Shown: one piece after another, positions 8,881 through 17,650 of the stretch
Layout of the letters: each line of letters starts with the position of its first letter
Numbering within the stretch: position 1 is the stretch's first letter
DNA from: Nitrospira japonica
GTDB lineage: Bacteria > Nitrospirota > Thermodesulfovibrionia > Thermodesulfovibrionales > SM23-35
Length of the DNA: 27,206 nt
Assembly (NCBI GenBank): GCA_020725385.1
Contig: DYFC01000070.1
Location: 1 to 27,206, forward strand
Direction: 5' to 3'
Notes under the pieces: model-generated
Told to the model about the DNA's origin: nothing
Database searches by the model: none
Seen by the model: the letters and a program-made list of their open reading frames with translations, nothing else
Program-made: the position numbers and the translations under genes

Positions 8881-10890
8881 CTATACAAGCAATCTGCTAA
8901 TTATATCTTCAATTCTATCAGTCAAGATTATTTCAAGTCCTTTAATTACTTTTGGATCCAGGTTTTCAATATCTACTTTATTCTTAAATGGTAATATAAT
9001 TGTTTTTACTCCTGCCCTGCGGGCAGCGAGTATTTTTTCTTTTATTCCGCCGACCGGTAAAATTCTTCCGCTTAAAGTTAACTCTCCGGAGACTGCTACA
9101 TCCCTTCTGGCTGGTTTTCCTGTGAAAAGCGATATAAGCGAAGCGGCTATGGTTGCCCCTGCTGAAGGCCCGTCTTTAGGTATCGCACCTGCAGGAATAT
9201 GGATATGAATGTCATAGCCTTCAAGAATATTTTCGCTAATATTAAAAGATGATGCATTGCTTCTAATATAGCTCAACGCAGCTTGAGCCGATTCTCTCAT
9301 TACATTCCCGAGTGAACCTGTAAGTATTAAATTCCCCAGACCTTTCATACGGGCTGATTCTATAAAAATAATTTCTCCGCCTGTTTCCATCCAGACAAGT
9401 CCTGTAACAACTCCTATTCTATTGTTTTCATCGGCAACTTCAATGAAATATTTCCTCGGACCGAGATACCTTTCTACTAATTCCGGAGTAATATTAACAA
9501 GCCTGATAGATTCTTTATGATATACAAATTCAGTAGCTATCTTTCTGCATATATTTGATATCTGTCTTTCGAGGTTTCTTGTCCCGGCTTCCCTTGTATA
9601 ATCATTTATAATTTTAGAGACAGCCTCGACAGAAAAATTTGGCGGGTAATCGGATAATCCCTGTTCTCTTATTTGCTTGGGTATTAAATGAAGAAGCGCA
9701 ATATTGATTTTTTCATCTTCGGTATAACCGGAAAATTCGATAATTTCCATTCGATCCCTTAGAGGTCCCTGAATATTTTCAGCTATATTTGCAGTAGCTA
9801 TAAACATTACATTGGATAAATCAAAGGGAACATCAAGATAATGGTCAATGAAGCTCTGATTTTGTTCAGGATCAAGAACTTCAAGAAGTGCTGATTCGGG
9901 ATCTCCTTTAAAGTCCTGCCCTCCGACCTTATCAATTTCATCAAGCATAATTACAGGATTTAAGGATTCTGCTCTGCGGATTTCTTCTATAATACGCCCG
10001 GGCATAGCACCTGCATATGTTCTTCTATGTCCTCTGATTTCGGCTTCATCTTTCATTCCGCCAACTGAAATTCTGGCAAACTTTCTTCCAAGAGCATCAG
10101 CAATAGATTTGCCAATAGATGTTTTGCCTGTACCGGGTGGACCGGTAAAACAAAGAACAGAACCTTTTGTAGATATAGTTGATAATTTTTTATCAAGCGC
10201 ATGTTTTACTGTTGAACGTACTTCATCAAGCCTGAATGGCTTTGCAATATAATGGAAAGCGCCTTTTTTTATGGCTTCTATGGCAGAATCTACAGCAGCA
10301 TAAGCGGTTATCATTATTACCTGTACATCAGGATATTTGTTTTTTACTTTTTCAAGGAGAACGAGACCGTCAATCTTTTCCATCTTCAAATCTGTAAGCA
10401 CTACATCAAATGAAGAAGTATTTAACTTTTCAATTGCTTCAACTCCATTTGATGCTGTAACAACATCATAATTTTCCTTTTTAAGAATATGTTCAATATT
10501 ATTACGTGCAATCTCTTCATCATCGACAACGAGTATGTGTGGTTTCTTATTCATTACCAGAACCTTAACAGCAAGATGTTCCAATATTCTTTCTTTAACG
10601 TCATTTAAACCATAATGTCTCTCATCCAAAATTTTCTTAGCCTGATTTAAATCGAGATTATCAGAAGTTTTTCTGTCCCATGGAAGACTGACAAGATAAT
10701 CTATATATGAAAGACTAATAGTATATTCTGCAGATGCAGGACTCATTTTAGACATTATTTCAAGTTCTCTCTCAGCAATATGTTTTACATTCTCGGGCAT
10801 CTTTGCAGAATTTATTCTTTGCCTGAAGTCATTCAAGATTGTAATTTGTTGGCTGTCTTCTGTTTTTTTAAATATATTCATTATCGGCAT
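8881..10890 (-). CDS. lon: Lon-type (S16) ATP-dependent protease lacking the N-terminal domain and carrying an inserted receiver domain
   Basis: LPW...ILDERHYGLNDVKERILEHLAV, Walker A GPPGTGKT, GHRRTYAGAMPG, Walker B MLDEIDK, catalytic PKDGPSAG (Ser) and VGGIKEK (Lys). Receiver at about aa 116-235. Confidence 0.9.
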   Translation of the reverse strand: MPIMNIFKKTEDSQQITILNDFRQRINSAKMPENVKHIAERELEIMSKMSPASAEYTISLSYIDYLVSLPWDRKTSDNLDLNQAKKILDERHYGLNDVKERILEHLAVKVLVMNKKPHILVVDDEEIARNNIEHILKKENYDVVTASNGVEAIEKLNTSSFDVVLTDLKMEKIDGLVLLEKVKNKYPDVQVIMITAYAAVDSAIEAIKKGAFHYIAKPFRLDEVRSTVKHALDKKLSTISTKGSVLCFTGPPGTGKTSIGKSIADALGRKFARISVGGMKDEAEIRGHRRTYAGAMPGRIIEEIRRAESLNPVIMLDEIDKVGGQDFKGDPESALLEVLDPEQNQSFIDHYLDVPFDLSNVMFIATANIAENIQGPLRDRMEIIEFSGYTEDEKINIALLHLIPKQIREQGLSDYPPNFSVEAVSKIINDYTREAGTRNLERQISNICRKIATEFVYHKESIRLVNITPELVERYLGPRKYFIEVADENNRIGVVTGLVWMETGGEIIFIESARMKGLGNLILTGSLGNVMRESAQAALSYIRSNASSFNISENILEGYDIHIHIPAGAIPKDGPSAGATIAASLISLFTGKPARRDVAVSGELTLSGRILPVGGIKEKILAARRAGVKTIILPFKNKVDIENLDPKVIKGLEIILTDRIEDIISRLLV

Positions 10891-11078
10891 ACCTTAATTT
10901 ATAATTACTATTCAAATCAAATAATAAGCAAATATTATACCTTCCGAAAAAATCATACTTTATTAATGATGAATTCCTATTTATATATTGTTCGTCTTTA
11001 ATAAATAAGAAAAAATAAGGAAGTTTTATTGAAAGTCGATTACATATGTAAATCCTCATTATTCTCGGAATATTCTTT

Positions 11079-11180
11079 GTTGCATTATACAACAAAAACA
11101 ATATTTTATGTAACATCTCAAAACTCTTTGATAAAACTTAATATTTCTTCCCTTTACAATTTATAGTTGCATATTGCAAC
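11079..11180. promoter_or_regulatory. Two copies of the palindrome GTTGCA-N3-TRCAAC (candidate UAS for the adjacent sigma54 activator)
   Basis: GTTGCATTATACAAC at 11079-11093 and GTTGCATATTGCAAC at 11166-11180, in the divergent intergenic region. Confidence 0.6.
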
Positions 11181-11227
11181 AGCATCAATAACAACATTTA
11201 TATCCTCAAAACAATTTTTATTCGATA

Positions 11228-11272
11228 AATCAATAAGTTAGCAATATTTTACATCCAGGCATGGGAATTGAG
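11228..11272 (+). promoter_or_regulatory. IHF site and sigma54-type -24/-12 promoter
   Basis: AATCAATAAGTTA (11228-11240) is an exact WATCAANNNNTTR match. AGGCATGGGAATTGAG (11257-11272) is GG-N10-GA, ending 42 nt before the ATG at 11315. Confidence 0.65.
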
Positions 11273-11314
11273 ATATAGATTTCGTACAAAAGAAAATCAT
11301 GGAGACTTTTAGAA

Positions 11315-12145
11315 ATGGAAATAAAGAAATTAGTTCAGCAATTTGAGGATTTAATGTCAACTTCATTTTTTGAAGAAGGCAAATTGGAGACCCTGAAAAG
11401 AATGGTGAATAACCGTCACAAAATTCTTCTTGTTTTAACCGGAATGGAAGTTGATATAGATGCAGTAAAGTATTCACTAAATCTTAGCAGACGTATTGGA
11501 GCTGGAATTAAAATTTTATACCTAACCAGAGATAACTCGGAACTCCCGCGTATCGAAGATGCCCTCAATAAACTAAAAACCATAGGAATAAGTTATCAGA
11601 TTAAAGTTTTGGAAAATTCTGTAAAAGAAGAAATTGTTAATTACATAAATAAAGAAAAAGAAGCAGATATTAGTTTTGTAATAGTTGATTCGAGGGATCT
11701 GGGAATTCATTCACTTAATGGCCGGAACGTAGATTACCATGATTGGGAAAAAATGAGATGCCCGCTGGTTCTGGTATCAAAAACACCAAAAATTATTTCA
11801 CTAAAGAGGAGGATGGTTATGACACAAAATTATGTAAGCATGAGGAAGAAGCCGCTCGGTAAAATGGTAATTTATGGACTGGCTTCTGTTGCAATGTATG
11901 CAGCGTTACTTGTTAATCAAACAGCTATTACATCACTATTTACAAGAGGAGCATGGTATGCATTATTTCCTATAGCGACAGCTTTCGCTTTTTCGTTTGT
12001 GCACGGGAATTTTGCGGGCTATTTCTGGTCTGTCTTAGGTGTAGAAGCAACCAAAAAATCTTTGCGTAAAAGTCAGGAAGAGTATAAGCATATTGAAAGA
12101 AGAGAACGCCCTCAGCCACAGCCACGTCTGAGAGCAAGATTATAA
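11315..12145 (+). CDS. Apparent in-frame fusion of a degenerate USP-like protein and a small two-TM membrane protein (second start at 11819)
   Basis: The N-terminal part has a USP-like pattern (KILLV...AVKYSLNLSRRIGA.IKILYL...CPLVLVS). An internal AGGAGG (11807-11812) precedes an in-frame ATG at 11819 and a 108-aa hydrophobic segment. Confidence 0.65.
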   Translation: MEIKKLVQQFEDLMSTSFFEEGKLETLKRMVNNRHKILLVLTGMEVDIDAVKYSLNLSRRIGAGIKILYLTRDNSELPRIEDALNKLKTIGISYQIKVLENSVKEEIVNYINKEKEADISFVIVDSRDLGIHSLNGRNVDYHDWEKMRCPLVLVSKTPKIISLKRRMVMTQNYVSMRKKPLGKMVIYGLASVAMYAALLVNQTAITSLFTRGAWYALFPIATAFAFSFVHGNFAGYFWSVLGVEATKKSLRKSQEEYKHIERRERPQPQPRLRARL

Positions 12146-12166
12146 GAATAAGGAGGAGGTATAATT

Positions 12167-13255
12167 ATGCAAAACATAGTATTAGACGCAGCAAATTTTA
12201 TAGATCTAAATTCTGTGAATATACTTTATCTTTTTATTGTTGGGTTTATCGGTGGACTTGTCAGCGGTTTTATAGGTTCCGGAGGTGCATTTGTACTTAC
12301 ACCGGGCATGATGAGTCTTGGTGTACCGGGACTTGTAGCAGTAGCCAGCAATATGTGCCATAAATTCCCCAAGGCACTTGTAGGTGCAATTAAACGGGCA
12401 AAATACGGACAGGTAGATATTAAATTGGGGATTATATTTGGAATATTTGCAGAGGCTGGTGTATTTTATGGCGCACATATTCAGGAAAAAATTAAAGCAG
12501 CTTTCGGCGATGCAGGTTCTAACCTTTATGTAAGTGCAGCATTTGTTATTGTTCTTGCAATAGTAGGAGGTTTTGTACTGCGCGACGCGATTAAAACTTA
12601 CAAATCCGGCAATACAGACGCTGAGGAAAAAACATCAAGACTTGCAAGGATGGTCCAAGCTATAAATATTCCCGGCACCATGGTTTATTTCAAGAGCTTG
12701 AATGCAAGAGTATCTTTGCTTTTTTTAATACCTCTTGGTTTTTGTACAGGCATGCTTGCTGCAACCATAGCGGTTGGCGGATTTCTTGGAGTGCCTTCAA
12801 TGATATATGTACTTGGTGCCCCGAGCCTTATGGCATCAGCTACCGAACTTGTTGTTGCATTCGTAATGGGACTTGGTGGGTCATTTAAATATGCCCTTCA
12901 CGGGCTCGTTGATATAAGATTGTCAGCTATAATCCTTGCAGGTTCACTTTTCGGGATTCAATTAGGTGCAATCGGAACAACTTATGTCAAACCATTCATG
13001 ATAAAATTAGTTATGGGTGTTATAATGGTCATAGTTCTTTTTAGCAGAGCATTGATGATACCTGTATATCTTTCACAACTCGGTATAATTCAGACACTAA
13101 CTGAAGAAACTATAAAAATCCTAAAGAATACAAGTTTTGCTATAATGGCATTTGCACTTTTATCAGGTGCTTTTATTGTTCTGAGAGCAATGTGGATTGG
13201 TAAAAAGACCGAAAGTGCAATCGCGGAAAAAGAAGAAGCAATAGAAAATGTCTAA
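12167..13255 (+). CDS. TauE/SafE (TSUP, DUF81) family membrane transporter
   Basis: Multi-TM protein with the repeated motif GFIGGLVSGFIGSGGAFVLTP / GMLAATIAVGGFLGVPSMIYVLG; strong RBS. Substrate cannot be determined from sequence. Confidence 0.88.
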   Translation: MQNIVLDAANFIDLNSVNILYLFIVGFIGGLVSGFIGSGGAFVLTPGMMSLGVPGLVAVASNMCHKFPKALVGAIKRAKYGQVDIKLGIIFGIFAEAGVFYGAHIQEKIKAAFGDAGSNLYVSAAFVIVLAIVGGFVLRDAIKTYKSGNTDAEEKTSRLARMVQAINIPGTMVYFKSLNARVSLLFLIPLGFCTGMLAATIAVGGFLGVPSMIYVLGAPSLMASATELVVAFVMGLGGSFKYALHGLVDIRLSAIILAGSLFGIQLGAIGTTYVKPFMIKLVMGVIMVIVLFSRALMIPVYLSQLGIIQTLTEETIKILKNTSFAIMAFALLSGAFIVLRAMWIGKKTESAIAEKEEAIENV

Positions 13256-13274
13256 TTAAAGAGGATGGAATAGG

Positions 13275-14129
13275 ATGAATATTTATAGAAAAATACTCGT
13301 AGCAATAGATGGTTCTAAAACAAGCATGCATGCCTTAAGAGAGTTTATTAATTTCTCAAAATCGTATAATCCAGATATAACCATTATTTCTGTTATTCCA
13401 CCTTATGACGGAGACCTAAATGCGTTGTGGGTTAACAATATAGATAGTTCTATAAAAAGACAATGTGATACTGCGCTTTCGGATGCTTTAAAAATAGCTA
13501 AAGATGCAGATATATCAGTCAGTGCTGTTTGTGAAGAGGGAGAGATACATGAAAGAATTGTTGATTTTGCTGATTCAGGGAATTATGACCTGATTGTAAT
13601 GGGTAAAAAAGGAATGAGCTTAATTGAAAAAGCATTTGTTGGCAGTGTAACTTCAAGAGTAATTGGTTATAGCAGACAGGATGTTCTTGTTATACCTTTT
13701 GAATCGAAACTTTCGTGGGATAATATACTTGTAGCAACCGACGGTTCGGCATATAGTGAAGTTGCTGCTATGAGGGCAATAGAGATTGCCAGAAAATATA
13801 AAAGTAAAGTTAAAGTTCTTTCTGTTGTTGATGTAACTGTGGAATTCATGATACGCGCACAGGAAGTATATAATAATCTTGTAGAAAAGGCGAAAGATAT
13901 CACAAACAATATAAAAGCTAAGGCCTTTTCCCTTGGTGTTGGTGCAGAACCAATTGTCCGTGATGGTGAAGTATATAGAGTAATTCTTGATGTTGCCAAT
14001 GAATATAAAATAGACATGATTGTCATGGGGAGTCTTGGTAAGTCGGGTATTAAACGATTACTGATGGGAAGTACTACCGAAAGAGTGCTCGGGCATGCTA
14101 ATTGTCCGGTTCTGATTATTAAGCCATAG
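13275..14129 (+). CDS. Universal stress protein with tandem USP domains
   Basis: KILVAIDGS...DLIVMGKKG...VGSVT and NILVATDGS...DMIVMGSLG...LMGSTTERVL...CPVLII. Confidence 0.93.
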   Translation: MNIYRKILVAIDGSKTSMHALREFINFSKSYNPDITIISVIPPYDGDLNALWVNNIDSSIKRQCDTALSDALKIAKDADISVSAVCEEGEIHERIVDFADSGNYDLIVMGKKGMSLIEKAFVGSVTSRVIGYSRQDVLVIPFESKLSWDNILVATDGSAYSEVAAMRAIEIARKYKSKVKVLSVVDVTVEFMIRAQEVYNNLVEKAKDITNNIKAKAFSLGVGAEPIVRDGEVYRVILDVANEYKIDMIVMGSLGKSGIKRLLMGSTTERVLGHANCPVLIIKP

Positions 14130-14201
14130 TGTTTTATACTTTACGGGGGATTTTTACTATAAAAAAATCCCGCCACTTTGCTATTAGCATAATTTAGTAA
14201 A

Positions 14202-14242
14202 AAATAAAAAAGCTGTTTGGTAATCTAACAGCTTTTTTATTT
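14202..14242. terminator. Bidirectional intrinsic terminator
   Basis: 16-bp inverted repeat AAATAAAAAAGCTGTT / AACAGCTTTTTTATTT with A/T tails on both sides, between convergent genes. A second hairpin GGGATTTTT/AAAAATCCC lies at 14147-14171. Confidence 0.8.
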
Positions 14243-14289
14243 GAATAAGGAAGATTGTAAATTTTTCTAATTATAAATTTTGTTGAGTA

Positions 14290-15507
14290 CTATTTGTTAC
14301 CCTGTCTAATTTTTTCATTTGCTTTTTTAATTGTTTCACTTAATAGATTTACATCAACAGGTTTTTCAAGATAAGCGAATGCTCCGAGTTCCATACATTT
14401 TTTCCTGTCTTCTTCCGAGCCATGTCCTGTAAGAATGATAACTTCAATTTTCGGGTTTGTCTGTTTCACACGTTTAAGAACTTCAATACCATCGATTCCG
14501 GGCATTTTCAGGTCAAGTATCATAACTTCAGGTTCTTCTTCTTTGATTATATTCAGAGCGCTTTCACCATCGTAGGCTACAACAGAACCTATTTCTCTCA
14601 TGAGAAGTCTTTCAGAAAGTGTTTGAACAAACTGGCGTTCATCATCAACGAGCAATAATTTTGTCGGCATCTCAAGGTCGTATTTTCTGACAATATCTGT
14701 CTGGTAAAATTTTTTACCAACTTTTGTTGAGACAGACTTCACTCCAGGAACTTTTGTCGCTATGGCCTGTAATTCTTTTTCAAGTTTCTCAAGCATTAAT
14801 ACATTTTTATTTATTGTTAAAGTAACAGCACCGTCTTCTGCTTCTGCATTTATGAAATATTGTCCTTCATTGGCAAGAACAGTCTCAAATTTTGCAGCGA
14901 GGATAAAATCCTGAATAGCTTTCTTGCTCCGGTCGGTTGTTTTAAGAACATCCTTTTCCAGACTTTTTCTTACCATATCTGCTATTTCTTTTGAACTCAT
15001 CTTATCAGTTGGTAAAACCATATCGTAAAGTGAAATATTCCAGGGATCGTCTTTTTCAAGAATAGTTCTTGTCCATATAATCTTTTCCTCGTCGCTTTTG
15101 TGAATAATTTTCGAGGCATCACTTTCGGAAACGCCCGATGAAATAGCGACTGAAATTCTATATTTCATGTCTGCTATTAGGCATATTTTAAGAACATGTG
15201 AAATTTTTGGCGGTATTAAAAGGCTTGTAAAACCATTGATTAAAAGGTTGTCTTCGGATAGGGTTTCAGCAACAGCCAGTTTAAGGTATGCGATTGATTT
15301 TTCTTTTTCTCTTGTAAACTGATTAAAGATAGAAGTCTTTGAAGAAAAAGCTTTTGATATTTTATCTTCAGACATTCCGGACAATTTGGCTGCCTTAGAA
15401 ACAAAGTCAGAGTCAGTTAGATATTTATAGCCTGACATAGCTATAATTTCTTTTATAGCTATTTCTTCATTACAATACTTACCTGAAAAAATACTTATTA
15501 TTGACAT
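14290..15507 (-). CDS. Multidomain response regulator: cytidylate-kinase-like domain, BON-like domain and C-terminal receiver
   Basis: N-terminal IISIFSGKYC...VLKICLIADMKYR...DDPWNISLYDMVLPT pattern of CMK-like proteins; BON-like INAEAEDGAVTL...IATKVPGVKSV; receiver LLVDDE/ILDLKMPG/LTGHG/KP. Confidence 0.78.
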   Translation of the reverse strand: MSIISIFSGKYCNEEIAIKEIIAMSGYKYLTDSDFVSKAAKLSGMSEDKISKAFSSKTSIFNQFTREKEKSIAYLKLAVAETLSEDNLLINGFTSLLIPPKISHVLKICLIADMKYRISVAISSGVSESDASKIIHKSDEEKIIWTRTILEKDDPWNISLYDMVLPTDKMSSKEIADMVRKSLEKDVLKTTDRSKKAIQDFILAAKFETVLANEGQYFINAEAEDGAVTLTINKNVLMLEKLEKELQAIATKVPGVKSVSTKVGKKFYQTDIVRKYDLEMPTKLLLVDDERQFVQTLSERLLMREIGSVVAYDGESALNIIKEEEPEVMILDLKMPGIDGIEVLKRVKQTNPKIEVIILTGHGSEEDRKKCMELGAFAYLEKPVDVNLLSETIKKANEKIRQGNK

Positions 15508-15526
15508 TTTTCCCTCCGTTTATTAT

Positions 15527-17650
15527 CTAAACCTTGCAAACAGCGAGCAAGGGACATTCTTTTTCTAACTTGTCCTTATGGGTTGTTGGATAAATCTTGT
15601 TTATTGCCTCTTCCTGTGTCGGATATATATGGTCAGCACCTATTTTTTCAAAAAGATGTGTGCGTTTAAGTACAGCCATTACTGACTCATTTACTCCACT
15701 TAAGGATATATCCATACCGGAACTTCTTATCCTGTCAACAAGCAATGACAAAGTTTCCTCGCCGGAAGCATCCATTTCATTTATACCGTTAGCAATAAGA
15801 ATGATATGCTTTAAATTCTTCTTCTTTGAGATAATTTCTCTTATACTATCTTCAAGATAACTTGAGTTTGCAAAGAATAAAGGACCATCGAATCTGACAA
15901 CCGAAATATGTTCACATTCTTTAAGACCGTGAGTTTCAATGCAACGAAGAGATTTATCTTCATGCCTTGCAAGTAATGCAATCCTGGGTTTCATGCTCTT
16001 ATATAAGAATACCGAAATTGAAAGAACAACGCCAATCATTATACCCTTATCAAGATGCGGGGCAAAAGCCAGAGTTGCAATAAAAGCAAGTACCGAGATA
16101 ATTCCATCATATTTCTGGGCCTTCCATGCATGTACAAAACCCGAGACATTTATTAAGCCTATAACAGCCATCATAATAACAGCAGCAAGAACAGACTGGG
16201 GCAAATGATAAAGCAAGGGGGTAAAGAATAAAAGGACTATTAAAACAGCAAGGCTTGTAAAAACACTTGAGAGTCCTGTTATAGCGCCTGCCTGGAAATT
16301 AACTGCTGAACGTGAAAAAGAACCTGAAACAGGATAGCCTTTTCCTATAGCTCCTACTATATTTGCGATTCCCTGTCCTATAAGTTCCTGATTCGGGTCG
16401 AGCCTTTGCCCGGTTTTTCCTGCCAATGCCTTGGCTATTGATATTGCTTCCATGAATCCAAGCAGTGAGATAATTACAGCATAAGGAAGAAGATGTAAAA
16501 TAACCTTTAAATCTACAGGCGGTACTGTGAATGAAGGTAATCCTTTTGGAACAACACCAACAACAGCGCCACCACCAATAAAGCGTACAGAGTCTTCCTT
16601 TATGGGTTTATTTCCAACTCTAATTCTCCAGATTTTATTGTCAGCTGATAATCCTTGTGGCACTTCCCCTTTAAGATAAAAAGTCATAGTACCATCGGAT
16701 TGTTTAACACCTGTAAAAAACATTTCTCTAAGTTCTTTTCTTAAAGAAGCTTCTTTCATTTTTAATTCTTCCATACTTACATTAAGAACTTCTTCGTTTC
16801 GCTTTATATTTAGTATTTCTATTTTATTATTATTCTTTTTTGCTTCGTCCATAAGTCTTGTATTTTCAGTGCGTTGTTTTGAAAGCTCGGAAATATCATT
16901 TAGTGTTTTATTAAAGGTTATAATCATTTCGTGAACTTTTGGAGATTGTATATGGGAAATATCTACCCTGGTATCATTTTCAAACCCTATTGCCCATGAA
17001 ACAATTGTTGTGATTGCTACGGCTACAAGAACGTTGGGTATTTTTGGATTAATCTTTTTTAATCCGAACATTATAATAAAAGCAGCTACTCCCATAATAA
17101 ATGTTGGCCAGTGCGTGTAATGTATTGCAGCTTCTATAACTCTAATGACTGTTTCATAATGATGCGGAGCTTCATCAACTGAAACACCGAACATTTTTGA
17201 TAACTGTGAAGTGGCAATAATTATTGCCGCGCCATTAGTAAAGCCATTAACAACAGGATGGGATAAAAAATTTACAACAAGTCCGAGTCTTAAAACACCA
17301 AGCAAGAATTGAAAGGCACCTACAATTAAAGCAAGTAATATCGCATAAGCAATAAAGCTTTCACTACCTGCTGTAGCTAAAGGACTTAGAGATGCGGATG
17401 TCATTAGTGATACAACTGCAACCGGCCCGGTAGCAAGTTGTCTGCTTGAACCAAACAATGCTGCAAGCATCGGTGGTAAAAAAGAAGCATAAAGGCCATA
17501 ATAAGAAGGCAATCCGGCTAATTGCGCATAAGCCATTGATTGGGGTATCAATACTAACGCAACAGTAAGTCCTGCAATTGCGTCAGCTTTTAGTTTTGAA
17601 AAGTTGTAACCTTTCATCCATTCCAGAAATGGAAATATTCGTGCCAGCAT
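15527..17650 (-). CDS. SulP/SLC26 family inorganic anion transporter with STAS domain
   Basis: DAIAGLTVALVLIPQSMAYAQLAGLP, GSSRQLATGP, NQELIGQG, GSFSRSAVN, and STAS motif RFDGPLFFAN...MDASG. Confidence 0.93.
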   Translation of the reverse strand: MLARIFPFLEWMKGYNFSKLKADAIAGLTVALVLIPQSMAYAQLAGLPSYYGLYASFLPPMLAALFGSSRQLATGPVAVVSLMTSASLSPLATAGSESFIAYAILLALIVGAFQFLLGVLRLGLVVNFLSHPVVNGFTNGAAIIIATSQLSKMFGVSVDEAPHHYETVIRVIEAAIHYTHWPTFIMGVAAFIIMFGLKKINPKIPNVLVAVAITTIVSWAIGFENDTRVDISHIQSPKVHEMIITFNKTLNDISELSKQRTENTRLMDEAKKNNNKIEILNIKRNEEVLNVSMEELKMKEASLRKELREMFFTGVKQSDGTMTFYLKGEVPQGLSADNKIWRIRVGNKPIKEDSVRFIGGGAVVGVVPKGLPSFTVPPVDLKVILHLLPYAVIISLLGFMEAISIAKALAGKTGQRLDPNQELIGQGIANIVGAIGKGYPVSGSFSRSAVNFQAGAITGLSSVFTSLAVLIVLLFFTPLLYHLPQSVLAAVIMMAVIGLINVSGFVHAWKAQKYDGIISVLAFIATLAFAPHLDKGIMIGVVLSISVFLYKSMKPRIALLARHEDKSLRCIETHGLKECEHISVVRFDGPLFFANSSYLEDSIREIISKKKNLKHIILIANGINEMDASGEETLSLLVDRIRSSGMDISLSGVNESVMAVLKRTHLFEKIGADHIYPTQEEAINKIYPTTHKDKLEKECPLLAVCKV

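Noticed and set aside
10780-11477. Small ORFs 10780-11001, 10868-11116 and 11238-11477 around the divergent promoter
   Set aside because: Low-complexity translations of AT-rich DNA that overlap regulatory sites and neighbouring genes.
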